From Hormiphora californensis (lineage: Eukaryota > Animalia > Ctenophora): a DNA stretch of 64,000 bases. The number at the start of each line of letters is the position of its first letter. The first letter of the stretch is position 1. The notes under the pieces are model-generated. The model searched no databases and was not told the DNA's origin. It was given only the letters and a program-made list of their open reading frames with translations. Where the stretch lies: positions 1,054,001-1,118,000 of the forward strand of contig CM035358.1 of the NCBI GenBank assembly GCA_020137815.1. The letters are read 5' to 3'. Positions 11,363-24,172 of the stretch are shown piece by piece. Both the position numbers and the translations under genes were made by a program.

Positions 11363-12832
11363 TCACTGAGCAGTAGCAGGTCCAGCAGGTGCAGGTTCAG
11401 CAGCAGCACTGGGCTTCTTTCCCCTCTTCCCCATAATCTTTTTAAATTTCCCCTTCAGTCCCTTCTTCTTCTTAGGTGCTTCAGGTCCCGTGGGTGATTT
11501 AGCTTCAAAAGTAGTGGTAGTTCCATCTGGTGATGTGACTGACCCGGGTGCTCCTTCTGAACCCGGTGCGCCCTGTGAACCCGGTGCTCCGGGCTCCGAT
11601 CCGGGTGCACCCTCTGAACCCGGTGCGGTAGTCACCAGACCAGTAACACCCTTACCCACGCTCTCCATCGCGCCCATGGCTCCTGAACCAACCTTGTTAA
11701 AGAATCCTCCAATTTGTCCGAATGCTGTCTTGTCCTCAGTACCACCCGCCTCGGTAACAGCCCCATCGGCTGCCACCGGGGGTGCTTCTCCTCCCTTTGG
11801 TGCGGTCATATCTGCTGTAGTGCTGCTACGTGGTCGGACGGAGAAAATAGGCAAGTCAGGGAATAGTGTTCTACAAAAAATGAGGCATCCACTAGGCGAA
11901 CCCGCAGTTGATAACTCTGTCTCAATAGTCCCGCGCTCTGAGTGTGTTTCAGGGTTATCAGCCGCATCATCACCCGCACAACACCCTGTATTGCTAACTG
12001 GCTCACTCTGCCCTCCTACTCCTAGATCCAGGTCACTCGGTGGTGGTGGTGGGGCAGAGGGTTCCACTGGAGGCGGAGCTGGTGGATCATCCTTCATTGG
12101 TTCTGGTACAGGCTCCACCTCCTCTTTAGTCTCTTCAGCAGGTGGAGGTGGTGGAGTGGGTTCTCGGAGGGATGGAACTGGTGATGGTGGGAAACTGTGA
12201 GGAGGTGAGGGTGTCCTGGCGTGTTTATCAGTCCATGTACTCTCGTCCACCTCTATTGACAGCTGATTGTAAACTGTTGGTTTAACCTCTGGTTCTGGTT
12301 CTGGTTCTACTGGAGGCGGTGTCGGGGGATGCTTTCCCTTCTTCTTCTTCTTTTTCTTCTTCTTCTCCTTTTTCTCCTTCTTCGGTGGCTTTGGCGGCTT
12401 GACCTTGCCGGCCACACTCACACTCGTGTCTGTCGTCGTACTGAGTGTTTCCGCGGTACCAGTGGTAGGGGAGGTTAGTTCAGATGCAGATGTGGCTGTG
12501 GGTGACGATAACACTGATTCTACCTCTACAACGGGGGTAACAACAACAACTTCAGGAGCAACTTCAAGAGGTGAAGAATCGGTGATCTGTAATTCCTCCT
12601 CTCCCTCCTGGTCCTCAACTACGGGAGACAAGTGAGGTGTATCACGCGATATCACAGGGGGCGCTGTCTCAACATCCCCGCCATCCTCATTAGATGCTTG
12701 TACCTCAACACCCCCCGGGGGTGTAACTAGCGCTGGGATGTCTGGTTCAGGAGATATTATCTCCTCTCCCTCCATGGGTTTGGTCATCCCGGGAAGACTT
12801 ACATGGATGTCTGTCAGTATGGAGGAGAACAT
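11363..12832 (-). CDS. Intronless 489-aa Pro/Glu-rich disordered protein with Lys clusters, function unknown
   Basis: Long ATG-started ORF in GC-richer non-microsatellite sequence; polybasic tracts (KKEKKEKKKKKKKKGK, KKKKGLKGKFKKIMGKRGKK) and APGSEG repeats; no domain recognised. Confidence 0.75.
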   Translation of the reverse strand: MFSSILTDIHVSLPGMTKPMEGEEIISPEPDIPALVTPPGGVEVQASNEDGGDVETAPPVISRDTPHLSPVVEDQEGEEELQITDSSPLEVAPEVVVVTPVVEVESVLSSPTATSASELTSPTTGTAETLSTTTDTSVSVAGKVKPPKPPKKEKKEKKKKKKKKKGKHPPTPPPVEPEPEPEVKPTVYNQLSIEVDESTWTDKHARTPSPPHSFPPSPVPSLREPTPPPPPAEETKEEVEPVPEPMKDDPPAPPPVEPSAPPPPPSDLDLGVGGQSEPVSNTGCCAGDDAADNPETHSERGTIETELSTAGSPSGCLIFCRTLFPDLPIFSVRPRSSTTADMTAPKGGEAPPVAADGAVTEAGGTEDKTAFGQIGGFFNKVGSGAMGAMESVGKGVTGLVTTAPGSEGAPGSEPGAPGSQGAPGSEGAPGSVTSPDGTTTTFEAKSPTGPEAPKKKKGLKGKFKKIMGKRGKKPSAAAEPAPAGPATAQ

Positions 12833-13717
12833 GGTTAATGCAGAGTGATGGAAATGGCAGTGAGGAATGTGAACGAATTACAAGTCTTAGTCACACTCAC
12901 GTCTCACAACCCACGCAAATTTAGAGCTGCTTCGTACACAGTGGCACATGACAATCAATAAAGCCCTCATTTTAGATTGAATGATGTCACATGAGACAGT
13001 CTGGACAAGTTCAAGAATGAGGTCTTGTCAAGATATGTCGATACGCAAAAAGTATCAAGAATGTTGATCATACAACTAAAAGCACACATACGATAAAGTG
13101 CTTACATCAAAATTATAAAAACAGGGATTCAAGGTTTCAAATAGGTCGAAACTAGATCATTGGACATATTTATGTAAACCAGAAATCGGCCGGATAGAGG
13201 TAAAAGCACGTATAACATCGAGAGAGAAGGAACACACACAGCACGTGACCTGTTCGGCTTACATGTTTCAATGCTAGACACTTACTTACACTATACATTC
13301 ACAGTTCATACATTCACATTTCAGTGAAAATTTCACGATCAACTTCAAGTTCAGACCTTCTCATCTAAACGGAAACCCCTAAACTAAAAACAGACTCCGT
13401 TCCTCTATCAGCCCAGGCCACTCTCTTCACTGACGCGAGAAAAGGGTGCCTGACACTGACAGCCGCTTCATACTGATACTATGACAGATCAGGTAATATA
13501 TCAGTAATAGATCACCCGATCTGTGACGTGAGAAGGTCTGGTACCGCCACTCGGCGCCAGATATAGACAGCTCATATGCCCTTCCCGAGTTCCCGATCTG
13601 CTCTTTGTAGAATCTACCCAATAAACCATTCCAGTAAATTGAAGCCGTGAGTGTCTACTGTCTGTCTCCCCTCAAGTTCTACCGATACTTCACTGTCTTG
13701 TCGAAATTTTACTACTA

Positions 13718-13807
13718 CAGTCCTAGTCGGACCCCGATTTAGTGGCACCCCGATTTAGTGGCAGGATTTGTCCCCCGAGGATGTCACTAAATCGGGGTCC
13801 GACTGTA
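13718..13807. mobile_element. Short MITE, Tc1/mariner-like
   Basis: Inverted ends AGTCGGACCCCGATTTAGTG / CACTAAATCGGGGTCCGACT with TACAGT...ACTGTA outer ends. Confidence 0.6.
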
Positions 13808-13955
13808 CCTAGCTAGGCTTTCGAAATGGTATGAACATGTTTTTAGTCGTGCCTCTGTCATATTTTTGTTTGTTGTATGTACTTCCCTACTTCTTTTCTT
13901 TTCCATAGCGAGTACAGAACAATAATAGACAGTCACACCTATTCATCTCGAAATA

Positions 13956-14130
<175 letters not shown>

Positions 14131-14230
14131 CCTCTCTCTATATTTATGTGAATACCATGGTTTCTTTGTTTGCTTACATCTGTCCTGAATCACGTGCCTT
14201 GTTAACTTCCCAGCCATCTATAATTGGCAG

Positions 14231-15592
14231 ACACAACTACTGCCCTAGTCAATACATTTCGTCTTGATATATACAGTGGTAGTCCCTATTTTTGTGACTC
14301 AACAAGTTACGGATGTGGTAGTATAGTCGACCTGTTTGTGTGACTGCAATGTCCGCTGACATTCTTTCCCTACCCCAGGAACTACACCTGAAACTGTGCT
14401 CCTATTTACCCCTCTCAGACATTATCCAACTGTGCTCAACTTGCTTCCACTCTCTACTCATTACTCGATCACCCCTACGGACCTCTGGGCACTGTTAGCA
14501 GTACGGGATTATAAGGTCCCTACTCACAATGAGGGTGATGACGTAATTACTAGTGACGTCACACATGACGACATCCCTTCATACACTTTCAAGGATCTTT
14601 ACCGCGAGTTTTATTATGGATGTGGCAGGGCCGTGGGTTTGTATCTGTTCAGGGATGCCGACAAATTCTCCGGATCCAGTTTGATAGCCCAACATCACTT
14701 CTGTTCACGGCATGGGATGGTACCTCAGTGAAAGGACGACCTGTTTTGAGGCTAAGCAAGGTTCAGGGGGAGTGTGATTTGAGAGCAGTGTGTTTTGAGA
14801 ATGAATACAGAGATAATGGTGGTGAGGGGGTCTTCTGTGATGGGGATCATGACATAGTAAAAAGACATTATTTTTGGTTTCGTTTATGTGGAAATGACGC
14901 TTTGTTCCTGATCGATACTTCCGATCCAAAAATTGAATTTCCCAGCCAGAGATGCGCTGTGGATGTGTGTGAAGGAGCCTTTCCTGAAGACTGCATGAAC
15001 TATCCGTGGTCAAAGATTGCATGGAAACTATTCTACCCTCGACCTAATCTTTCTTTAATAACTCCAGGACTTTTTACCAGGTAACAAACTAGTACATAAT
15101 ATCATTTTTTACTCCTAGTACATTAACAGAACCCCAATACATCACTATACTTCACACGGAGGGTTCTATCAAACACTTGTCTTCCCTCAGATACGATAGA
15201 AAAACACCTCAAAGTGACAACTCCCTCCTTTTTGGACTGCACCTAGACGACAGAACGGATGGGATTAGCCCACAAATTACCCTCACCGACGTAGTGCGAG
15301 AGGAAGTGATTGCAAAGTGTAGTATACTAATGACGTGTGATTTAACTGTTCGGGGGATTAACAGTATCGTGCAATGTAGAGACTCCGCAATACGAAGGTA
15401 GACTCATTACCAGATAAACCGTTAGGCTGGGATTTGGGAGATTTGGAACATGAAGGGACACCGTTTAAATGTCCGAAAACATATAAGGCTGCATTTTTTG
15501 ATGGAGTGAGATGTGCTTTTGTTGTGTTTTTTAATGGCTCTACCATTGGATATTTTGGGTACCGGACGTGGGGTGACAGAGATTTTTCATAG
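14231..15592 (+). CDS. Orphan multi-exon gene, product unknown, 5' end unresolved
   Basis: Probable exons with GT-AG borders: ~14231-14317, 14379-14515, 14594-15081 (Cys/Trp-containing 154-aa ORF), 15191-~15317, 15380-15592 (...FDGVRCAFVVFFNGSTIGYFGYRTWGDRDFS*). Confidence 0.55.
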
Positions 15593-16101
15593 GATAAGTT
15601 TTTATGACCGTTTTTTGTAAATATTTTAACAGAAATTAAACATTTTTAACAATCTTCAAAGCTCAAGTTCAACAATTATAATCTCGGTGCAGAATTGCGA
15701 AGTGGTTCGGCCAGAAGGAGATTGTTGAAGCTCCTGTGAGCATTTGTCCACAAAATCTCACTCCTGATAGCGTCTCAGTGAGTCCTGCTGATACGAGATT
15801 CAGTCATCTCCTTCCGGTCTTCCCAAAATTGTACATTGTATGTATACCATACACTGTATACATGGTCACATGACAAGCAATCGTGCTGACACAATGCACT
15901 TTTCACATAACGAACGCGCAGCGCGCAACAAAACTTGCTGTTGCCAAAACACAAAACTCGCTCAATAACTCAGCAACTCAGCAACAACCCGGCAGTCTTT
16001 TCTTTTTTGGGAAACAGTTCCACACGCACACTAATATCAAACACATGCAAACTTCGATTTACAATGACACTGTGAAAATCATAACAAAAAAAAGGATAAA
16101 A

Positions 16102-19100
16102 TCAGCTCTCTCCAGCCTCTCCAAAAGATATGAAACTCTCTTCTTTCATAGTCTTGTGGTGATTAAACATCAAACGTTCTTTTTCCGATGCTAAAATATC
16201 TTCGACTGCTCCGGCGATTTTCTGAAATCACTGAGTTAGAAAATTAGTTCTCTGCATTGGATTTGAGTAACAATGTATGTCTGTCTGATTATCTGTCAAT
16301 TTGTTCCACCTGTTTAGAAGCTGGGCGAGATTTACTCCTCGGCCTGCTGCCGGCACTATGTGAACTAGTCCGAGTCTGAAGAGTATCACAACTTCTCTGG
16401 ACAGACTGGTCTGACTGTACTGCGTTTAACAGACTGGTCTGACGAACTGAGAGGGAAAAAGAAACGTCTAGAGAGGGATGTTTAGCAGTTGAAATCATAC
16501 ATAGATAACAGGAGCAATTACTAAGAGAAAATAATCCAATAATCTCTTTCAAATTTAACAACATCTCTACCTTCTGGAACAATATCCATTCCTTTCAAGT
16601 TGAGCAACTACATCAACCCCCTTGCAGCCTCCATTAGAATCAGACTCAGAGGGTCGGAACTCCCGACCAACTGCCGTGTTGCGTCTTAAAATGGGTTGAA
16701 CAGGATCCATCTCACTGAGTTGCTCCCCACTCCCACACCGCCTCTCTAGATCCCTGTTTCTATCCTAAAGAGGGGATGAAGTGAGAGTGTGTTTGGTACC
16801 CGAAGAGCTTAGGATCGGGGATGTGGATTTGATTTGTCTCACAAAAGACTGCCCTCTCCGAACCGGACCAATAGCCCAGTGAGAAGATTTACAGCTATAA
16901 TAGTCATGTTACAGTCATGTAGTATGGCAAGATTTGATGTGGTACCTGGAGGGCTTGTAGTTGATGCTGTAGCTCAACAATAACTCCATCAGTTTGGATC
17001 TTCTCCCTCTCTGTTTGTTCGTCCCATTGTAATAGCTGCTGGGTCAGATCACTGCACTTCACCTCTTTAAGACGGAGTATCTCCTCTAGGTATGCCTGGT
17101 AAGAAATGAGTTAAAGTAGTTAAATCATCAGAAGGATATTAACTGTAGTGAAGTGGGTGGTTGAGTGACTCACTGTGCCCACTGAAAGTATGAAAAATGA
17201 ACTGATCCTTATTTTTTTAGTGCTAACCTTTTGATCGACCACTAGTTTCATCTGTCGCTTCAACTTTTTAACCTCTTCCTCCGTCGATGCCTCTCTATCT
17301 GACAGCGTACTGGAAAGAGAGATGATTAGTTTTATGAAGGAGCAGGGTAACAGCTGAATACACACACACGCAATCCCATCTTTCTTACCGTGGCACCCAA
17401 CATCTTGGTACAAAGGGACATTCTGTGGGACGATCTCTGAGACATATTTGAGACAAGTGTGCACACTGTATAAGATTCAATAAATCCACCCATTATATTT
17501 ATCCAATGTTAAAATATACATAAAATGTGATACACACAGTGGTAGCATTCAGCAGACCTCTATCAGTAGCATGTTATGTCTCTACACAATATCACTCATG
17601 CACAGTTTGCACACACACGCAAGTAGCAAGACACGCTCATTAAAAGGTCATGCAGGATGCCTCTCTCTACCTGTAGTTGTAAGGTGATGTTGCGTTTTCA
17701 ATTCCGTGGTTAGTTAAACTACTGAAATATATATGTACTGTGTCTGATATCCCTCACACACTCTTAATTACCCTATGGAGAAACAGCCGATCTCTATTCC
17801 TATAATTCTGTGCTAAACTGGCGTATAGCAGATAGCTGTTATACTCTAAAATCTATAATATTCAACCCTTTTGGCCTTCACATCTCTCTCCCTTCCCTGA
17901 TACCCACATACAATACACGGCTCTATAATACCTGGCATGACCGCTACAAGATGAGGAGGCGTCGTTAAATAGCCTGTTTCGTTCCAATCTTATCATCGCT
18001 TCTTCTACATCTAACTGCCTGTCACTGTGGGGAAGGGTTTATTATTTATAACACATAGCAATTAGCAATCGGGGGGGGGGGGGGGTATGAGTAGGGAGAG
18101 GTCGGAGTGTTTGTGTAGATTAGAAGCAAAAGTGGAGCGGTTTTGAGTGACACCTGGTCACGGGTCACCTATGACTAAAAGGCTGAAGCATTGTGTTGCC
18201 TGGACTGTCTGTGTCATATTACACGGTGCAGCTGCAGTTAGGTAACTTGACGCGTATTTGATTGTACTTCCTGCACCGCTCTCTCTCTTGTAGCTTGTAA
18301 CTACAAGATGCGGTTAAACGCACAAAACAACAGTGTAATATTGTTACAACACCAATATTAAAGGTGCTGTTAGTTGTTACACACATGAGCAATATATGTG
18401 TAACTGTTACATATATATTGCTCATGTTGCGGGCAGTAAATTCTAATCAGTGATCACTGCGATATTAACTACCCTCTCACTAAACACACAGAGAGACATA
18501 CCGACACACACGCGTAATGACATACACACATAAAATTAGACAGGCAGATAAATATATGAAAGAGCGATAAAAAGCGGGTAAAAAGTTTGCTTTGTCTGTC
18601 TGGCTTATGTGTTGGTAAGAACCCAAATTGTAAGCAAATCATGATGCTACACACTAGATGTACAATGGAGGGTAATGGTTTAGAAACACCGTAATACCAG
18701 CGGATAAAACGAGTTGATGTGAGGGTACTGGAGCTGTGATAAGAGAATCTAACTGAATCGGGTATACCGTCTATTATACATAACCCTTGGTAATGAAATT
18801 ACCCCTCCGCGCGCAAGTAAATGGGTGACTTCGTAACCATACATAACCCATACTCCATAGTTGATATAATACTCCCTCGTGATCATAAAATTCGTGCCAA
18901 ATGGAATCTAAATTCTACAAACCTGATTGGGTACTTGAGAAAGGGAGCATAATCCACTGAATACACTATTGGGGCATCAAGGGAGCTATTCCTCAGACAC
19001 AAACTAAAATCCACACAATTCAGTGCAGTTAGCACATTAGTCAACATGTGAGCCTCCTCTCCCAGCATGAAACTCCCCCTCTCATAGAACCTCTTGAGAA

Positions 19101-20097
19101 CTGTGTCCTCCATCAGCGCTACAGACAGGTATTCAGAGAGTCTCTTTTCCATCAGTGCCATACGGATCCATGCACGACCCTGGGAGAGAGAGAGGAGTGT
19201 AAGGGACATATTAGATGGATCTACTGGGGAGAGAGAGGAGTGTAAGGGGCATAGATGGATCAACTGGGGAGGGGGAGTATGCTCGACCCTGGGGGGGGGG
19301 GCAAGGGTAGGGGGACTGGGGCGCATGGTATGGTACAGTGTTGAATGAATTAGAAACAAATCTGGCAGATATTTACAATTCAGCGAGATGGCAAACTAAC
19401 CTTTCCACGGACTGTTTTAGCATCGTCTACGGCGGCAATCTTTGCAATACAGTTATATGGCACTGATTTACAGGCAACCCTTATAAAATCCCAATAGACA
19501 ATCCCCTCTGCAGTTCCCGCCAACTTTTTGTTGCTCTGATCTGTAACGTTTAAAGTGGCATAAATATATATATACAAATATATTTATCAGACAGTGAATA
19601 AAAGCTTGTATTAAATACCGAGAGGGAAAATGCATAGGAATAGAAAAATCTACTTGAATAATTGTGCTCAATATCTGGAACATATCTTACATTTATAGCC
19701 ATGGCACAAGATGGCCTCGATGATATTACAAAAGTTAGGCAAGTGTTCACTATTCTCGTCTATCACACCACAAGCACCAGATTCATCACATAAAACCTGT
19801 GTGCACAACCTGCAGGGGACATGTATCAAGTGAATTGTATCAAGTGAATAATGGGAGTTAGTAAGTAAGGTATATATGGGAGATCCCACTGACTTTCTAT
19901 ATTTCTGTGTTAACAATATAGTGCATTGTTGTGCCGGTACCAAAGCTGTGATGATGTGTTCTCTTGCTCGGCCCTGTCACCACGCCCCGGAGAAATATAG
20001 CATAATAAACACTTAGTACTAACTTGGCAACTGAGAACAAGTTCCTTCGTTCGGTGGCATACTGCTTGGAAGCAGATTCTCTTAGCGCATTAGACAT
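16102..20097 (-). CDS. RUNDC3: RUN domain protein, RUNDC3A/B (RPIP8, Rap2-interacting) like, multi-exon
   Basis: Exons encode ERRNLFSVAKL, IDENSEHLPNFCNIIEAILCHG, YWDFIRVAC..VPYNCI, GRAWIRMALMEKRLSEY..FYERGSFMLGEEA..LNCVDFSLCL and a coiled coil with QK|AYLEE; ATG at 20097; last exon ends in TGA at 16102. Confidence 0.88.
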
Positions 20098-20490
20098 CCG
20101 AATTCTCTCATTTCATAGTAACATCCGGCTAGGAATAATGTTATCTGTTTGTATCGACTAACAATCGATAAAAAGGCAGTTGTATGCATAAATTCCAATT
20201 TGATTCCGCACTGACACAGTTTGTAGTCTTGTAGTCCCCTTCACTTGATAGGGTATTCCCAAGTAGAGTTGCTCTGTAGGCAAACAATTTGTGGTACTTC
20301 GTAGCAAATGAAGTGGTGAGTTGGATTCTTAGCCTTCCTTCCAAGTCGGGTATTGTTGTACAACATCACTCCAATGTTGTCGGGGTCGTTACCGTATCAT
20401 TTTGGTAGAGTAGCGTTCCCGACTTCGCTGAATAAACTGTAAGATCAGCTTCTTCAGGCGTTCACACAAGGGATACGATTACGGTTTAGT

Positions 20491-20575
20491 AAGTTCCCTC
20501 TGTACAGGGACGGCGCTCGTGGGTGTCCGGGTCACCCGGACACCCACGAGCGCCGTCCCTGTACAGAGGGAACTT
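20491..20575. repeat. Perfect 42-bp-arm hairpin with a 1-nt loop, ~400 bp upstream of the RUNDC3 ATG
   Basis: AAGTTCCCTCTGTACAGGGACGGCGCTCGTGGGTGTCCGGGT-C-ACCCGGACACCCACGAGCGCCGTCCCTGTACAGAGGGAACTT. Confidence 0.95.
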
Positions 20576-21297
20576 TCTAACTAAATAAGTGTTGGCAATA
20601 TTAGATAGTACATAGAAGAGATTAGTTAACAGTTAATTCGTTTATTCGGGCATCTGTTTAAATAATGCCTAATAATGCCATCTTGAGACTCTGTTGAAAT
20701 TTGTCAATTTTGCATGAATTTAGTGCTTGGAATGATTTTATAGAGCCCCAGGGAACCATTCCCTATCATTTTCAATCAAAATCTGGCGAATTTTGAAGAA
20801 AAAATTTTTTGATAATTTAATTCTTTAATTAAGTTGATTATAAAATAGGTTAATTGTTCTAATTTGTGACATATTAACTCTCCCTATTTCATTTTATATG
20901 ACCCTTTTAATGCTTGTCTATCTCGTAGAATCGTTTTCTAAGCTAAAAAAACAGTTATGAGTGATAAACTTAGGAGGGCATTATTTGGATTCTGGAGTCC
21001 CAATAATGCCCCCAGAGTCCCAATAATGCCCCAGAGTCCCTCAGAGTCCCAATTAACACGCAAAAATAATGCCTTAGAATCTCAGAATCCCATGAAATCT
21101 GATACCTACCATGATACTACCTTATTAGCACGAGCTAATTAGAGGGAGAGAGAGGAAGTGAGAGAGAAAGAGAGAGTGGGTGAGAGAGGGAGTGAGAGAG
21201 TGACAGAGAGAAAAACAGAGAGAGAGAGGGAGAGAGAGATATAGATAGACAGAGAGAAAGAGAGAGATGAATAGAGGAGAGAGGGAGAGAGTGAGGG

Positions 21298-23250
21298 GAT
21301 TTTTTTATTATTCAATCTGATTCAATACATATAACAATAACAATTGTATACATATCGACACTCCTTTTAGCGAGTAATTAAACGGTTGTCCGGTAAAAGT
21401 CCATGTTCTGCTGATGCCGATTCAAAAGTCCAAGAGGTAATTATATATAGATTAGGTACTGTAATAATAAATAAGTTGATAGATAGATAGTTAAGTAAAT
21501 AAGGGTAGATACTTAGATGATTAACTAGGGGGTAACTAGGGGAAGGGAAGATGTAGAACAGCTAAATATAGCATAATATAATAAGATAGTATAGTCGCTG
21601 AGTCAAATTAAGCTGTACAGTTAAAACAGATTTTAAAATAAATAGAAAAATAGAAATTACCCTCACATACATGCTCAATACCCAAAAGTATACAATACAC
21701 ACACATACACACACACACACACACAAACAAGCATGTCCGTAAAAAACACAGACACAGAGTCACACATGACACATGACACAGGAATAGTAATAAGTTAAGA
21801 TAGGATATTATTATAAGTAGTATTAATGATTTAAATAGGCAGTGAAGTGTGCTTGGCCAGCGGATTGTAAAACTATGTTATTTTAAGTGGTACCTAGATA
21901 GGCTAATTAAGTAATTAGGTGAGGTTAAGTTTAATTGGTAAGGAGCTCATCATTAAAAGTGGAGTTTTCTGTGACCTCATAAACAAGCTTTCTAAACTTA
22001 TGCTTAAGGTTTCTATCTCTAGAAAAGATAAGTGCTAGGTGGAAGTTGCCAGTGCAAACCGAGACCACACGACACTGGTCCCTAAGAGCCGATACCGCCC
22101 CGACAGCTGGACATTGGAAGAGCTTGTGGAAGGGTGAGTCGTGGTGCATGCCGCATTCAAGGCAGTAAGGTTCCTCTACGTTCCTGTCAATTCGTTGATA
22201 GCTGCCGACAAAGTTTTGAAATCTTAAGCTATGCCCGTGGATGTAGTCCATAGTCAACGAAGAGTGCCTTCTGTCCATACTCCTATTGGTAAGAGGGGCT
22301 ATCGAAACCGCTTCAGTATCCACAATAGATCGTAGCTCTTCAACCGTCGTAGTAGGAGAGTCGTCAGCAGAGATGTTCGTGATGTTAGCCTTGACGTGAT
22401 CGTCCCACAATTTGTGCGTGAACATGTCCATAGTGTCCCGGGAATAGAGAAACTCTTCCGACTCATATGACAGTAGATCGCATGATCGAATAAATGATCG
22501 TCTCCGTCCCGTTTGAGATTCAGCTCCCTGTGCAGTGTTCCACTGGAGATACCTTTTAGTTTCCACAATATGTCCGTAGAATGGGTGGCTTGGCTCATGC
22601 TCAATTTGGAGCAATTTAGCAGTCATGGTGTCTCCTGCTGTAAGACCTTTCAGGACAAACTTCGTTGTGAGTACTGTCAAAACAATCGGTAGAGGTGGTA
22701 TACCAATAAGAAGGTCAGCTAGTGTTTTCGAGATGTGAAATTGGCTTCCAATAATCTTCAGTTTAGCCCGTGCAATTAGATCGTTAAAACTGTCCAATCT
22801 GTTACGAAGCCATAGAGGTGCTCCGTATAGAAGTTTGGTAAGGATCACCATTCGGAACAGGAGTGAGAGGCCGTTGTTGTTTATTCCAGCTAACCTGGTA
22901 GTCCCACCCGACAGCTTACTCCAGGAATTCCAGCACTTCTGCAAAGTGTAGGCAGCATGCTTTTTGAAGCTCAGGTCTGTGTCGAGAATGATTCCCAGCA
23001 CCTTGCTGGAGTCCGTGTAGAGAATTTCTCTGGGTCCAAGGTACATAGCTTGTGGGGTAGATGATAATTCTTGGTTCCTTGGGTGGATCACGAGAATCTC
23101 AGTTTTCCCTCTGTCGCAATTGATGACCAATCTCCATAGACGGCACCATTTCTGGATGTAATTGAGCACGCAGGATAGAGCTGCTTCACATTGAAGTTGA
23201 TCTCCGGTTATTACAACCGTGCCATCATCAGCGAACTTAAACGTTTCGCA
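21298..23250 (-). mobile_element. 5'-truncated non-LTR retrotransposon (LINE): RT C-terminal half plus CCHC
   Basis: KFADDGTVV (RT catalytic motif) at ~23240 is in frame with ORF 21931-23169 (KTEILV, KVLGIILD..LSF..H, CLECGMHHDSPFHKLFQC); AT-rich 3' UTR; A-tail near 21300. Confidence 0.88.
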
Positions 23251-24172
23251 TCTTTCTCGGGCGGAGAAACAGCTGTATAATTTCTTGTTTTGGGTTCACA
23301 TTACACTGTAATTTACAGACAAATGTGTGTGATTGGGGAAATAGGCTTGGCATTATTTTGGCATTATTTTCTCTAAAAGCATTGGAAATTAGATTCGCAT
23401 ATTCGTGGTTTTTTGACACTGGGTCCGGGTGTCCGAGGAGGCTCTGTAGTCTGTGCTAGCTTCGACGTTCAAGATGTTTTATGTGAATTCAAGAGGGGCA
23501 GTAATATTCCAGCTGATTTCGGACAAGCCTTTTGTAGAGAATGTGCATTGGCTTCGTCTGTTTCGTTTTGAACGCACATAGAACCCAATGAAACTTATCC
23601 TTTGGGCGTCTGCAGTCATCTTTTGACTTTTGTCATTTATGACGCTATTTTTATGACGCTATTTTCTTGAACTATTTATTCAATTTACCACTTCCTGTTT
23701 CTATTTATTGTATCTTCTCGTTTTTCTAGTGTTTAGGTGAGCGCAAGTGACAGAAGAAAGCAGAAAAGTCAAAAGGGGGAAAACAAAAAACAAAAAAAGT
23801 TAAAAAAGTTGAAAAAGAAAACTTTTTCAAGAAAAAATCGAGACACGCCGCGCGCATATCTCGCAATTTGCACCGCATCAGCACGCCGCGCGATGAATTA
23901 CGGAAAAGTTCTGAGCTTGGGCGCAAATTTCAAAAAGACTTTTTGAGTGTTTTTGTTGAAAAATCACTTTCTGAGAGGCCGTTGCTGTGCCGTGAGAGCT
24001 AGAATAGACCCCTATGATTTACAACGAACCCCTCGTCTCATTTAGAACTGGTTGCTACTGAAGTTTAAAATTTGGCGACTTTAATTCAGGCTTGATTCTG
24101 AGCGCCCCAGTACCCAGTTGCTCTTTATTTCACCCCTAGCTGACAAATTGTATTTCTTTCTAGCCTCAAGAA

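Noticed and set aside
11490-12200. 236-aa plus-strand ORF
   Set aside because: Antisense shadow of the 489-aa minus-strand ORF
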